Source of the DNA: Octopus bimaculoides
Lineage: Eukaryota
Direction of reading: 5' to 3'
Assembly: GCF_001194135.2 (NCBI RefSeq)
Contig: NC_068999.1
Location: forward strand, 50,474,358 to 50,538,220
DNA length: 63,863 bases
Shown piece by piece: positions 26,951-41,413 of this stretch (position 1 is its first letter; each line of letters begins with the position of its first letter). The notes below the pieces were generated by a model, which saw nothing but the letters and a program-made list of their open reading frames with translations, was not told where the DNA came from and did not search any database. Made by a program: the position numbers and the translations under genes.

Positions 26951-27625
26951 CTATAAACTTATATTTGGTCAAGAAAAGTGATTTACTGATATATTTTGTT
27001 TCTAGACAGAAATTTAGCTGTTCGATGATGGTCTGTGAGGAAACTAAGTATAGCCAGGGTTTGGGTTTATGAAGAGTTTATTTATATATTCATTTATTTA
27101 TTTTGAGGTGTAGATTATTGCTGAAACGAAAATCTATTTGCAAGTCTAGAAACTATAACATCATTTTAAATTTGAAATCAATTGTGGGTAAAAAGAAAAA
27201 AATTGTGACATATTAGTAAAAAAAAAAAAAATAAAGTGAACTCAATATTCGAAGAACTTTTACGAAGGTGGGTGTTTAACTGAAATATTGTTGTATGTAT
27301 TTCTGTCTACAAAAAAAAAAACAACAAAAAAAACAACAAAAAAAAACGCTATGATGTTTGTGTTTCTGTTGTGAGTACGTGAATATAACTGATTGTGTTT
27401 TGTGTATACGCCCACGCACGTTTGTGTATGTGCGCCTGTTGCTCTCGTTGAGTGTGTTTCAAGCTTGGCGATCAGAGGAGCGTCNNNNNNNNNNNNNNNN
27501 NNNNNNNNNNNNNNNNNNNNNNNNNNNNNNNNNNNNNNNNNNNNNNNNNNNNNNNNNNNNNNNNNNNNNNNNNNNNNNNNNNNNNNNNNNNNNNNNNNNN
27601 NNNNNNNNNNNNNNNNNNNNNNNNN

Positions 27626-27689
<64 letters not shown>

Positions 27690-28703
27690 AATTTGATACA
27701 CAACCGAAAGGTTTATATTAATAGTTTCATGCTTTTATGATACTTGAAGAGGCACATTTATAAAATACGCAGCATATCTCCAAGCGAACTTTCAAGCGCT
27801 GTTTATGCGTTATATATATTCCAAAAAAGAAGGACGCTAGACAGTGAGAAAATAAGACAAAAATGTGGAAAAACCTGAAGAAGGTTGTTGCAAAAAATGG
27901 AACGAGAAAGAGGAAACGAATCAAGAAAACTAAGATCCACGTCCTCATTGATTACAGAAATCACATCAAATACAGCTGGTATAGAACAAAATAAGAGAAA
28001 ATATATCGAAGTCAGTGAGACAGCAACTCAATTCGGAGAGGGTGGTGACTTCCAATTCGATAAAAGAAACCTGCTCATGTGTTTACACCTGCTAAAAATT
28101 TCAGATCTCGAATTAAGCAATGTGCCTGAATTGCTGGAACTAAGAAGAATATAAGATTTTTTTGTACGCATTTGTTGCATTTCTTAGATCCATTAACATA
28201 TGGCTTAGATTTCTTTACTATTCTCCACTTAATTGTTTGTGATGCGGAGCTGTTCTTCAGATTCCATACTTGGTTAACTAACTTAGTTGCATTACTTTTA
28301 TCTGGAGCAACATCATTTTAGGGTACGTGCATGATTTGTTTGTCTTAGCTAACTTCAAATATTCGCATATATTAATGCGTATATCTGCTAAATAAAATAG
28401 TGTACGTTAATCACGAGAGGAATATGCTAGAAGTCTATCTTACTGGTTGCGTGTTCTCTATAAAACATTCAAGTAAACGAAGATTGAAACATACTTTTAT
28501 ATATAAACATGCCTCATGTATATATGTGTGTGACTGAGTGAGTCAGTCAGTGGATGGGTGAATGTGCGTTCATGTTTATATTTTTCTGTTATGTATATAC
28601 ATACGTATATATACATACGTATATATACATATAAAACGATGCCTATTTATATATACTTATATATTATATATATATACTAATAAGATATGCAAAACGCTGT
28701 GTA

Positions 28704-28751
<48 letters not shown>

Positions 28752-29425
28752 AGTATATATATATTCCATAAGATTACGTATATATATANNNNNNNNNNNN
28801 NNNNNNNNNNNNNNNNNNNNNNNNNNNNNNNNNNNNNNNNNNNNNNNNNNNNNNNNNNNNNNNNNNNNNNNNNNNNNNNNNNNNNNNNNNNNNNNNNNNN
28901 NNNNNNNNNNNNNNNNNNNNNNNNNNNNNNNNNNNNNNNNNNNNNNNNNNNNNNNNNNNNNNNNNNNNNNNNNNNNNNNNNNNNNNNNNNNNNNNNNNNN
29001 NNNNNNNNNNNNNNNNNNNNNNNNNNNNNNNNNNNNNNNNNNNNNNNNNNNNNNNNNNNNNNNNNNNNNNNNNNNNNNNNNNNNNNNNNNNNNNNNNNNN
29101 NNNNNNNNNNNNNNNNNNNNNNNNNNNNNNNNNNNNNNNNNNNNNNNNNNNNNNNNNNNNNNNNNNNNNNNNNNNNNNNNNNNNNNNNNNNNNNNNNNNN
29201 NNNNNNNNNNNNNNNNNNNNNNNNNNNNNNNNNNNNNNNNNNNNNNNNNNNNNNNNNNNNNNNNNNNNNNNNNNNNNNNNNNNNNNNNNNNNNNNNNNNN
29301 NNATATATATAAATATTTGTGTGTGTATATGTGGGTGTGTGTGTGCGGGTGCATGTGTATTTGCATCTGTATACAAAAACATGAATACCTGTATATGTTT
29401 GCACACATATATATATACGTATACA

Positions 29426-29476
<51 letters not shown>

Positions 29477-29716
29477 ACATATATATATGTATATGTAGAT
29501 ATGCATACGTGCATTTACATATACATGTACATATATATGCATAATATATATACATATATATATATACATATGCATACGTATGTGTCTATATATGCACTCA
29601 TAAAGACGACATGTATGTGTGCATGCACAGAGATACTTAATCGGATATATCAGTTGTGTGTCTCAATGACTGTGCATGTTCGTTTGTTTCTCTTTGTATC
29701 ATTCTGTCTATGTATG

Positions 29717-29750
<34 letters not shown>

Positions 29751-29764
29751 TGTATCTATCTATG

Positions 29765-29827
<63 letters not shown>

Positions 29828-29997
29828 TTGCTTTTATCTATACTAAATGGATAACCACACACAGACACACTAGCACACATGTTTATGCATTTGTATGTGT
29901 ATATTTATATGCAAAGAGTTTGCGTTTCAATACAAAAACTTATCTCATAAGTAAGTCCCAAATGTTTACAGAATTTCCAGGGGAAAATATTTTGAAA

Positions 29998-30211
29998 AAA
30001 GATATCTTTCTAGATTTCAACCAAGTTTGTCATTGTTATTGCTAGTAACTAGTTCTCGTTCAACCCGGATCTATATTACTTCTGTTTATAATCTTACAAG
30101 TCATAAAGATATCTTTCTAGATTTCAACCAAGTTTGTCATTGCTATTGCTAGTAACTAGTTCTCGTTCAACCCGGATCTATATTACTTCTGTTTATAATC
30201 TTACAAGTCAT
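29998..30211. repeat. 107-bp tandem duplication (29998-30104 / 30105-30211)
   Basis: Two head-to-tail units with one mismatch (tgttatt vs tgctatt). Confidence 0.95.
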
Positions 30212-30791
30212 AGCCATCTCGTCTTTTTCTATATCCAAGACAACATTCTCTAGAATATTTTCTCTATTTTCGTTTTCGGTAGTTTATAATTCAAGGAAGG
30301 TTTTACTGCTACTTATACGACTTCGTGTAACCTCCTATTCTGTACCATGTTGACTTACTACAACTGTGTTATTTTATCATTTCCGCCCTGTGCTGTTTTA
30401 ACTATGAAACTCTCATTTCATCCCACATCTACCCTGCTTTTATTCATCAACAATTACTAAAGGTTTTAGCAAACAAGTAACAGGTACTTTAGCCACCACT
30501 TGATATTCTAATTAACTCATCTCATTGAGTATTTGCTGATCATTGGAGGGGATGATTTTCATGACATCTTCAATGAGTATTCAAACATTTTGTTTTCTTT
30601 TCTGTTAATATCCATTAATTTATTAACCGTTCGTGTAGTAAATTCTAGCCTTGAATGCATCTATTTAATTAGATTTAGATCGGCTGCACTGTAGTGATTA
30701 TAAAATTGAAAATATCCTTTCATTGCCGGAGCATTCATCATAACTCGTACTCAGTACTCTTCAGAAGTCAGGTAGTTGCAGCCCATGGTGT

Positions 30792-30881
<90 letters not shown>

Positions 30882-31009
30882 ACACACACGCATATATATA
30901 TATATTACCGCTCTGCATTCAGCTGATACTTCGGAACAAAGCATATGTATATTGAGTTCTAACGCCCAATCATTTGTATCGCTATGCCTAAGTGAAAATA
31001 CCACTATTT

Positions 31010-31064
<55 letters not shown>

Positions 31065-31711
31065 CGTGCGTGTGCATATGTATATATGTGTGACACATAC
31101 ACCTCTTTTGGGAATTGCTGCATCTGTAAGTGATAGGAGACTGGACAAATCGAAGCTGGAGTGTAAAGCATAAAATAAACATATACGATGAAGTGGATAG
31201 TACGGAACTAGTAAATTGCTATCGCAAGAAGACATCTCAGATGTGCAGGCATGTAATCAGTCGTAGAGATATTTAACTAAACTACTTGCATATGAAACCG
31301 AAGTTAGTATTCTCCTGAGTATCTGCTCAGAAATTTTGCTGAGGACTTAAAGATTGAATGTGATCATGTGAACGCCTTAGAGTTCACAAGCATTTGAAAA
31401 TAGTCGAAACAGATATTAAATCGAAAAGCTTCGATTACCACATTCGATTCGTTTTGGTTTAGGAGATAAAAAATGCAAGGGTGTGCGGGCGGTTTAGAAT
31501 TGGTGGGGTGGATTGCTTCATGACATATTGATGTATCAGCAAATGGTTTATAGGCATCGTCTTGAATTACTGCCAAACACCAACAGACAGCATGAAATAC
31601 TTTTGTCCGTTTACTGCTCAATGTTTGTAATGAATAATTTTAAACGTATTCCTGTACGACTGCTTCTAGTATTACACATGTGCGTGTGTGTGTTCCTGTA
31701 TGCGTGTATGC

Positions 31712-31751
<40 letters not shown>

Positions 31752-31825
31752 NNNNNNNNNNNNNNNNNNNNNNNNNNNNNNNNNNNNNNNNNNNNNNNNN
31801 NNNNNNNNNNNNNNNNNNNNNNNNN

Positions 31826-31899
<74 letters not shown>

Positions 31900-32575
31900 G
31901 TGTAAGTGCGTATATATATATATGTATGTATTTAGATATGTATGTATGTCATTGTTCAGTTATATTTCAAGATTTCTAGCCAACGGAGAACGAGTCGGTT
32001 GCTAACCTAGATCCAAGGCTCCGTCATTGGAGTTTCAACATCAGCAAGTTATTTTTGTTTGTATGTGCAGGTTTGTATGCTTTGTTTTATGTACGTCTTC
32101 TCATGCATATAGTTGCATATCCAGACATGCCCATATATATTTGAATGATAAACTTTTAAAGTTTCACAGATTTTTTACAGTTCCAGTGATGGATTGAAAT
32201 GTAGTCTTCGAATTAGCTTTCTCCATTCTGGTGTTGAGAAACCAAATTTCTCACGTATGCATGTCTCTTCTATTTTTTAATTATTCTAAATTTTCCACTG
32301 TTTGAAACAAAGATACAAGTTCCATCTTTGGAATGTAGTTAATACAGACATATTCACATTTGGAACTTAGGAAATGTTTTGCATACTTTTACTGTTCCAC
32401 TCACAGATTGCATTTGTAATGCACGAATCAGCCGGTCAACTTCTCTTTCTGAAAATCCCAGTATGTATGTATGTATGTATGTATGTATGTATGTATGTAT
32501 GTATNNNNNNNNNNATGTATGTATGTATGTATGTATGTATGTATGTATGTATTTATGTATGTAACTCTGTATTTG

Positions 32576-32963
32576 GTGGAGGCGCAATGGCCCAGTGGTT
32601 AGGGCAGTGGACTCGCGGTCATAGGATTGCGGTTTCGATTCCCAGACCGGGCGTTGTGAGTGTTTATTGAGCGAAAACACCTAAAGCTGCACGAGGCTCC
32701 GGCAGGGGATGGTGGCGAACCCTGCTGTACTCTTCCACCACAACTTTCTCTCACTCTTTCTTCCTGTTTCTGTTGTGCCTGTAATTCAAAGGGTCAACCT
32801 TGTCACACTGTATCACGCTGAATATCCCCGAGAACTACGTTAAGGGTACACGTGTCTATGGAGTGCTCAGCCACTTGCACGTTAACTTCACGAGCAGGCT
32901 GTTCCGTTGATCGGATCGACTGGAATCCTCGACGTCGTAAGCGACGGAGTGCCAACAACAACA
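32576..32963 (+). mobile_element. SINE family D, full length, with 13-bp TSD
   Basis: A-box tggcccagtgg, B-box ggtttcgattcc, (CAA)n tail; flanked by aactctgtatttg at 32563-32575 and 32964-32976. Confidence 0.95.
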
Positions 32964-33451
32964 AACTCTGTATTTGAGTTACATTTCCTGAATGTGGAGC
33001 TCATTAAAAGGAATAACGCAAAATAAAAATGAAAATATAAATACCAAATATAGACTTCCACTTTCTTTGCTATTACTACGACTGCAATATATTTGTTTCA
33101 AGCAATCATTAGTCCATCTGATAATCTGTCGGCTGTAAATAACAGTATTTTCACACCTTATCTCTTTGGAGTAGTGGAGTTATTTAGTGATATCTGTTCA
33201 CGCATAAATCACCAGGAGCATGCGTCAGATGGACTTATACCACTACAGCGGTGTCACAAAAATAAATCCTTCACGTGTTTAATTGAACAGTTGGCTTTAT
33301 CGGGATGCTAGCTTATAAATCTATGATTTATTTATTCGTATATGAAGCTGCAGAAACTAATCAGATAATCACACCTTTTCTTTTTTTCTCTAATATTCTA
33401 TTTATACTGCCTCAAAATGTACAAGTACACGATACGTACATACATACATAC

Positions 33452-33505
<54 letters not shown>

Positions 33506-33649
33506 AGTGTGTGTGTGTGTGTGTGTCTGTGTGTGTGTGTATNNNNNNNNNNNNNNNNNNNNNNNNNNNNNNNNNNNNNNNNNNNNNNNNNNNNNNNNNN
33601 NNNNNNNNNNNNNNNNNNNATATATATATATATATGTATGTGCGTGTAT

Positions 33650-33866
33650 ATGTTTACGTGTCTGTGATTGTACCCCCAACATCGCTTGACAACAGATGGT
33701 GGTGTGTTTATGTTCCCCTTAAATTAGCGGTTCGGCAAAAGAGGCCGATAGAATTAGTACTAGGCTTACAAAGAATAAGTCCTGGGGTCGATCTGCTCGA
33801 CTAAAGGCGGTGCCCCAGCATGGCCGCAGTCAAATGACTGAGACAAATAAAAGAGTAAACAGTAAA
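33650..33866 (+). mobile_element. Family A SINE, 3' half only
   Basis: cccaacatcgcttgacaac..gcggttcggcaaaagag..ctggggtcgat..ggcggtgccccagcatggccgcagtcaaatgactga, directly after a microsatellite and gap. Confidence 0.9.
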
Positions 33867-33895
33867 TATATATATATATATATATATATACACAA

Positions 33896-33935
<40 letters not shown>

Positions 33936-34017
33936 TATATACATTGTATCTGTATTCGTGTAGGTTAAGCTAGAGAGTGAGGGAGTAAGGAAACAAAATC
34001 GTATACATATGGCTACA

Positions 34018-34018
34018 A

Positions 34019-34108
<90 letters not shown>

Positions 34109-34160
34109 GCTGTTATTATTATTGCAGTTGCTATTATCATCATCATCATCACCATCACCA
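34018..34160. repeat. Compound (TAT)n-(TGT)n-(CAT)n array
   Basis: Directly visible. Confidence 0.95.
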
Positions 34161-34619
34161 ATATAGTTATCGTAGTTGTGGTTATAAATTTGCAATTTGT
34201 TACTGAAATCAAATAAAACATTTATTTTGATTTGCAATCATATTCACTTGACCTTTAGATTACAACAAAACTATTTTTTTTTTTTTTAGATGAAAATGGA
34301 AATATATAAACCTCTTTTCCAATATATAGACTTTCAAAATAGAATCGATCTGCATACGCGATGATAAATGAACATTCTTTGCACATGTTAGTCATTGCCT
34401 ATTAAAATATTGGAGTCGACTATACCGAGTCCAGTTTCTGACTGTCAGTACGCGCATACGGTTTTATACTTTGCACGCTCCGCAACGAATGTGACTTGGT
34501 AACCCATACTACACTTTCACCAACAGTTTCTCAAAACATAGACACCCACTCAGCTCTTTGCTTTCACCTCCATTTAGTAGAACATCAAATATGTGTCGGC
34601 TGGGGAGGGATAAGGCTGC

Positions 34620-34775
34620 ACGAGTACCCAGCAGTTACTAATTACAGCTGAATACACTGCAGCAACGTAGAGTGAATTGCCTTGCTCAGGGATAGAATGC
34701 ATTTTACAGTTCAGGAATCAAACCGACGACATTCTGATCAGACGCTGAGCACCATGGTCACTAGGACACCTGCTT
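34620..34775 (-). mobile_element. Old CORE-like SINE fragment
   Basis: acagctgaatacactgcagcaacgtagagtgaattgccttgctcaggg..caggaatcaaacc. Confidence 0.55.
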
Positions 34776-35415
34776 CCACACATTAAAGAACGCAAGTCTC
34801 CCAAATTATGTTCCAAATGTGATCTCCGTGACTTGTAGAATTATAACATTCGAATACAACCTTTAATTTGTCGAGTTGGCAAAATCGTTTGTGCGTCAGA
34901 CGGGATCGATGAACGTAGAGTGAAGTGTCATGTTCGAGGAGAAAATGTACTACGCAGTAGAATAACCAAACTGAGGACATTATGATCAAGAGCTGAACCC
35001 TATAGTCACTAGGATATCCACTTCCACACATTAAAGGACACAAGTACTGGAGTTGATGTAATCGCCTAGTACCCTCTCTTCAAAATTATGGTCCGAGCAG
35101 CGGGACGCCAGTCCGTTCAAGGGGAACGTTGCGCCATGGAAACTGTGTATTCAGCCTTATTAGCTGAAGGATACGAGCAAGTGATTAAAAATAAAACTTT
35201 TATCAATTTTAAATCAAAGATCAGAATGGATTTCGCTTTAATCATTCAAGGGTTAGGTGACGGTCATAAACAAGGAACGGATTAATTCTACCGTCCATTT
35301 TAAGAGGATAAATTTCTCGTATATAAGTGTTTTAGGTTATTATAATAATTCATTTCTCCGACAGTTTATGGACTGCTGAACTTAAAACTGTGTAGTGAAT
35401 ATTTAGACGAAGTAA

Positions 35416-35634
35416 GGCGGCGAGTTGGCAGAGTCGTTAGTCGTTAGTCTGTCGGGATTAATACTTGGAGACATTTCGTGTTTTTTTAAGTTCTAAGTTC
35501 AAATGCCGCAGAGGTCGAACTTGACTTTCAGTCCTTTTGGAATGGATAAAATAAATGCAAGCTGAGTACTGGGGTCAATGTAATCGACTTAACTCTTCCC
35601 CGAAATTGCTGGCCTTGTGCCCAAATCAGAAATC
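35416..35634 (+). mobile_element. Family B SINE with degenerate TSD
   Basis: Full head-to-tail match; aatatttagacgaagta before and aatatttgacgaatta after. Confidence 0.87.
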
Positions 35635-35842
35635 AATATTTGACGAATTATTGTTTTTCTGATTTGGTTAGAAAGAATATTGAAATTAATAGCACGCCTA
35701 TTAGGGAATGTAGCCGGCAATAATTACTTTGTGGCGCTGTCAGATCTGCAATGCATCATTGGATAATGCGAAAGCAATAGAGAACTTTTGCGCAACCAGC
35801 TTAACTGCTGCCAGCCCACTGTAGGTTCATTTGTACTAGCAT

Positions 35843-35881
<39 letters not shown>

Positions 35882-36026
35882 TGTATATCCTGAGTTGCAA
35901 AAAATGTATACGTGTGAATGAATTGAGATATCTATGCCAGCATGCATGTCATTTTGTGTGGATCTGATCATTGTCACAGAACAATTTATCCCTGTTTCTC
36001 TCTCACTCTCTCTGTCTGTCTATCTG

Positions 36027-36096
<70 letters not shown>

Positions 36097-36172
36097 CATC
36101 TGTCTATCTATCTGTTTATCTATCAATCTATTTATCTCAATCTTCCCTTTCGCTCTTTCACTCTTTCACCCC

Positions 36173-36222
<50 letters not shown>

Positions 36223-36928
36223 TAGATTCATACATAGACATAGACACATACGTGTGTATATGAATATGTATTTCTGAGTCTGCTGTGCGTGTGTTTGTAT
36301 TTTCTTTATGTATAGCTAACTGTATACGTATGTTTATCAGACAATAGATTTTAATAGGATAAAACGGAATAACATCTTTAGTAAAATGCAGACTGAATAG
36401 CAATGCAGTGGTTAAAACACCATATAGTAGCAACAACAACAACAACAATAACAAGAACAACAGGAGCAAAAGCAGCAGCAACAACAACAACAGCAACAAA
36501 TGTACCAGAGGACTGCGTATGAACATGAGGCAATATTAGCTTGTTATCCAAAACAACGTTACTAGAGAATGTTTTGGGTAAACATAGAAAGACTATAGCA
36601 GACACTGGATAACAATGGAACGAATAGACTCTATTCTCATTAAGAATTGATTCCAGTTAAAATTAATCGTTGTAAATATAGTGATTTCGTTATTGAAGCT
36701 CACCCAAAGGACCTTTTCCGATAACAGAAAAAAAAAAAAAAAAATTAATTGTAGAGTTCTCAATTGCTGGCAGAAATTGTTAAATTGTTTGCCAACATTT
36801 CATCGGGCCTATCTACGCATTTGTTTCCTGTTTCTTTGTTTACATGTAGATCGTTTGAGCCCCTTTTGTTCCACATATGTTGATCCATTGCCTTCAGAAG
36901 TAAAAACTCAAATAAGGATCAGCTACAC

Positions 36929-36980
36929 CAGCGGTTCTCAACCGGGGTTCATATAGCCCTTAGGGGGGTTCATATTAGAT
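36929..36980. mobile_element. Solo terminus resembling a hAT/Charlie-type DNA transposon TIR
   Basis: cagcggttctcaaccgggg resembles Charlie/MER5 ends (CAGTGGTTCTCAA); no partner end found. Confidence 0.45.
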
Positions 36981-37149
36981 TTTGTTGTTAAGATCTATCT
37001 GCAATAAACTGGTTGTGTAGTTTGCCGGGCATATTTTATAACAAAATATATGTCATCCTTTCACCTTTGTAGATCTTGGCCAGATAGTGGAAAATGTCTT
37101 AAGCTCTCCTATCCAGATGACCACACCAGAAATCGTGATACGCTGTGTA

Positions 37150-37421
37150 AAATACACACACACAAACACAGGTACACACACAAACAAACACACACACACA
37201 CACACACACACAAGCACACACACAGACACACCCACAAGAACGTACTCTCTCTCTCACACACACGCCAAATCTTTTTCAATATCCATCTACAAAATTCATC
37301 AGGCTTTGGTTAGCCCGGAGCTATAGTAGAAAGCGCTTCCTCAAGGTGCCCCGCAGTAGGACTGAACTCGAAACCATATAGTTACGAATCAAACTATGTA
37401 CAACACAGCTACGCTTGCGCC
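37150..37421 (-). mobile_element. Family A SINE 5' half plus CA tract
   Basis: ggctttggttagcccggagctatagtagaa..caaggtgccccgcagtaggactgaac..acacagctacgcttgcgcc. Confidence 0.82.
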
Positions 37422-38111
37422 ATAAAGAAACTTCATCTTTCAGTTCCATTAGGTTATGTCAAGGATCAAGTTGATATTCCTATCTTTCGAGATCGATAAA
37501 TTGTGTACCAGAAAATATACTGGGTTAAATACGATGAACTAAAACTTTGAAAACGAAAACGAAGTTAAAACAGTAAGACAATACTCAGCCTGCAGCAAAT
37601 CTATAGAGCTCAGACGATGCTACTTTAAAACAAAGATGAGGAATCAAATTATGTTTCAATTTACATATGTCATCTGCAAAACCTCTTATGTATGTTTTCG
37701 AAAAAAACAAAAAAAAAAAAGATCAACAAAAAACAAAAGAAAATTGATTTTAATTTAGCAAAGGACGAAAGGAAAACTAAACGAATAATATAATACACCA
37801 TATAAGCTGAAAGGAAATAAAAATGAAATATTTGAAGTAGCTCACGCGAATTATGGTTAATAGAATATTTTGTTGCCTACGAAAAGGACGAGAAATATTA
37901 TTTGTCGATTCTTGAGATAATTTCATTACATTACCATTTTCCTCTCTTTCGCAAATTCGTGATGACGAGCAGACCATTAGAAATAAAATCGCTCTCTGAA
38001 ATTCTTCTCGAGGATGTGTCCTTTTAAGAAATGTCTGATGCAATTATAACAAAGTCACGAGTTATGTTTCGATATACGGTATTCTTTCAAATATTCGACA
38101 ATATATTTATA

Positions 38112-38295
38112 GGCGCAAGGTGCGGCTGTGTGGTAAGAAGCCTTCTGAGTTCAAATTCCGCCGTGGTTGATTTTGCCTTTTATTCGTTCGGGGTTGATAA
38201 AATAAGCACCAGTCTATTACTGGGGTCAATGAAATCGACTAGCCCCGCCCTCACAAAATTTCAGGTCTTGTGCTTACAGTAGAAAGCATTATTAT
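38112..38295 (+). mobile_element. Chimeric SINE: family A head fused to family B body
   Basis: ggcgcaaggtgcggctgtgtggtaagaagc (A) joined at about 38142 to ttctgagttcaaattccgccg..ttgccttt..gataaaataagcaccag..aatttcaggtcttgtgc (B). Confidence 0.75.
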
Positions 38296-38307
38296 TTATC
38301 TGCTGTA

Positions 38308-38495
38308 AAGCGACGAGCTGACAGAATCGCAAGCGCGTCGGACAAAATGGTTAGCGGCATTTCTTCCGGCTCTTTAAGTCCTGAGTTACGTTTTCATTCT
38401 GCCGGGATCGATAAAATACAGTACCACCCAACTACATCAGTCGAACACACACACAAACACTCTTAAAATTACTGGTTTTGTGCCAAAACTAGAAA
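38308..38495 (+). mobile_element. Degenerate family B SINE
   Basis: gcgacgagctgacagaatcg..aaatggttagcggcatttc..gatcgataaaatacagtacc..gtgccaaaactagaaat. Confidence 0.75.
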
Positions 38496-39071
38496 TAATT
38501 ATTTACGCTGATCTGGATAATAAAGAAAAAAAATTAATGGCCAATCTGTATCAGTAAAAACTCAGCAGAATATCCATTTGATGAAAAACAAATAAAAGAG
38601 TGGTGCCGATGAGAGAGATTTACATGGCCTAAGAAACTGCATGTGATCCTCAAAAACTCTTACCCGGACCGGCGCATACATATGCAGACATACCTTCTAC
38701 CTTGACCCTCGGTGGTCTTTATTGGTCAAGTTAAAACTAGAGAAATTTTGAATTTCGATCTTAAAGAAGCCAACTGAAATAATGGACACTACCATACATA
38801 TCAGCCTGTTATCAAAATTTTCAAAGACTAAGATATAATTTGGTTATTTCAAGCTTCAAAGCTAATAGTTAAACGTGTATAGGTAAGTGATCTTCAGTAT
38901 ATGACTGTAAATTATTTGATCAAAGCCATATGAATGATCGCAAAGTTATTGGAAATCAGACTTCGAATTGATGAAGCTAAATAATCGCAGATATTTTAAC
39001 CTCTTATAGAGTCATTCCAAAGCCATCTTCTTTATTTTCAAATTACAAAAACAACCACAATAACAATGATA

Positions 39072-39288
39072 ATAATGGTTTCAAATTGTGCCACAAGGAC
39101 AGCAATTTTGGGGAAGGGATCAGTCGATTACATCGAGCCCAGTGTTTCTTTGATACTTAATTTATCGACCCCGAAAGGATGAAAGACAAAGTGGATCTCG
39201 GCGGAATTTGAGTTGAGAACGTAGAGACGGGCGAAATAGCGTTAAGCATTTCGTCCGGCGTGCTAACGATTCTGCCAGCTCACCGCTG
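39072..39288 (-). mobile_element. Family B SINE, full length, adjoining (TAA)n at 39293-39412
   Basis: Reverse complement of the B consensus from tail (ggtttcaaatt) to head (gattctgccagctcaccgc). Confidence 0.92.
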
Positions 39289-39302
39289 TTTTAATAATAA
39301 TA

Positions 39303-39396
<94 letters not shown>

Positions 39397-40977
39397 TAAT
39401 AATAATAATAATGATTGCGAGAAAAAATAGATACATACACTTTATGCACACATTTATACATGTGTGCATGTAATAACACACACACATACACACACACATA
39501 CACACACACACACAAACACTCACTCACAAACACACACGTATTTGATCGAAGATAGATATTTTAGCATATTTTATTTTAAGAAAATAAATTCTGAGAAAGC
39601 AGTTTTATTCGTACTTTTCCCTATACCAGTGTCAACAGATGGTTTTTTTTTTATTTTTAAATTTTTGCTCGCCATCTCATTTCCCAATAGACAGTGAATG
39701 ATGGTGCGAATAGTAGTAAAAAGTAACACAATTCACTATAATGTTGTATGAGAAGAGGAACCCTTCGCTGAAATTTCAATCAATGCAAAAGAAAATAACA
39801 CAAACGCTTCTAACAGCCGCCATTTTTTTATTTCATCGGGAATTTATGTTTCCTTTTGACCTCGAACGAAGAAAGCTAATATCAAAATGGAAGCATTTGC
39901 TAGACTCTATGATGTCATCAAAGACTTCTAACTTAAATTATTGCTTCAGAACAAGCGGGTAAAGATAAATCTTGAGCGCCTAAATTAAAATTTCTCTCAC
40001 TTCTTTTTATAAATGTTAACTTTTGTCTTTTAAATTTCTCTATTAAAAAAATATTTGATACATTATTAGAAAGGTTAACAAATTGCTTCCATTTCCTTGA
40101 AGACTAAAAGACATGTCACTTATAATTCCAATTTCCCTAATTATGTTATCTTTTAGCAAATTAACATTAAAATTACTGGACGGACTCGCTGAGTGTAAAG
40201 CATCAAAATGGAGGAAAATATTTCACTTCTGAGTTGCAGATTCAACACTTGATTTATCACTAATATTTTCTCAGGTCAGTGGTAAACCTTTGAAAAAAGT
40301 ATTATATAGGACTTCAACGTCAGACAGTAAATTATGATTTAGATAGATGACTTCAATGTCTGAAAAATCACATTATTGTTTTATTTTTTATTTAGGTGAT
40401 ATTAATTTATAACAGGACGTCTGCTTTAAGAGCGGCATGGCTCTAAAGCATGGGAGAACATATCTGAGTTCAGATGTATGGTTACGACTTTATATTATGC
40501 ATTCAGCAGTAGATACAAACAGGAGATTAGCCATATTGAACACTTTCTAGAACGTCTGCTGACTATCCAACGTAACTGCATGAATTGAAATATTGTGGAA
40601 TGAAGTTTTTACACTTAGAAACATCATAAAAAGTCAGTAATAATTTCGCAGTTATACTTATAATAAATTACTTATGTGTAAACGCTTTCTCTCGAAATTA
40701 AATTACTGTACACAGTTCTATATATTTAATGTTCCAGAAGTTCGTTTCGCAAACATATGTTTCTTCAGAGAGTGGGCAAACGAATGAAGGGCACTCAACA
40801 CGTTTATTGGGAGTTATGTGTATGGATCATGACAGTTTGATTTAAAATCCGTGGCACTTACATGTTCATCCTCAACCATTCAAATTTCCAATGACTGAGG
40901 ACAGGCACCAGGCTTTGAAACTTTAAATACCACGAATGTTGAATCAAAATATTTTGATCCATCTACCCATGCACCCC

Positions 40978-41057
<80 letters not shown>

Positions 41058-41060
41058 TCT

Positions 41061-41290
41061 TTACGACGAGGGTTCCAGATGATTCAATCAACGGAACAGC
41101 CTGGTCCTGAAATTAACGTGTAAGTGGCTGAGCACTCCACAGACTGCTTTATCTGTAACATAGTTCGCAGGGAGATTCTGCGTGATACTAAATATGACAA
41201 GAGTGGTCCTTTGAACTTCAGATACAACCCAACTTTGCCAGCTGGAGCAACATGAAATAAAGTAACTTGCTCAAGGACACAACAGAATGT
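41061..41290 (-). mobile_element. Family D-related SINE, 3' two-thirds
   Basis: acgacgagggttccag.tgat.c.atcaacggaacagcctg..gtggctgagcactccacagac..ggagcaacatgaaataaag..tgctcaaggacacaac. Confidence 0.85.
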
Positions 41291-41356
41291 AAATCGCACT
41301 CACACGCACGTTCGTATGCAGGCATATTTAGATACAGAGAAACAGTGTGTGTGTGC

Positions 41357-41413
<57 letters not shown>

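Noticed and set aside
27885-28154. 89-aa purine-rich ORF
   Set aside because: No ATG at the annotated start, no splice signals or recognisable domain.
32576-32650. tRNA-like sequences with A and B boxes (also at 16116, 57027, 61127)
   Set aside because: SINE heads continuing into SINE bodies; no complete cloverleaf, so not tRNA genes.
40862-40894. 33-nt minus-strand micro-exon with cag| and |gtaagt
   Set aside because: Stops in phases 0 and 1; only phase 2 is open, which does not fit the phase-1 Ig exons.
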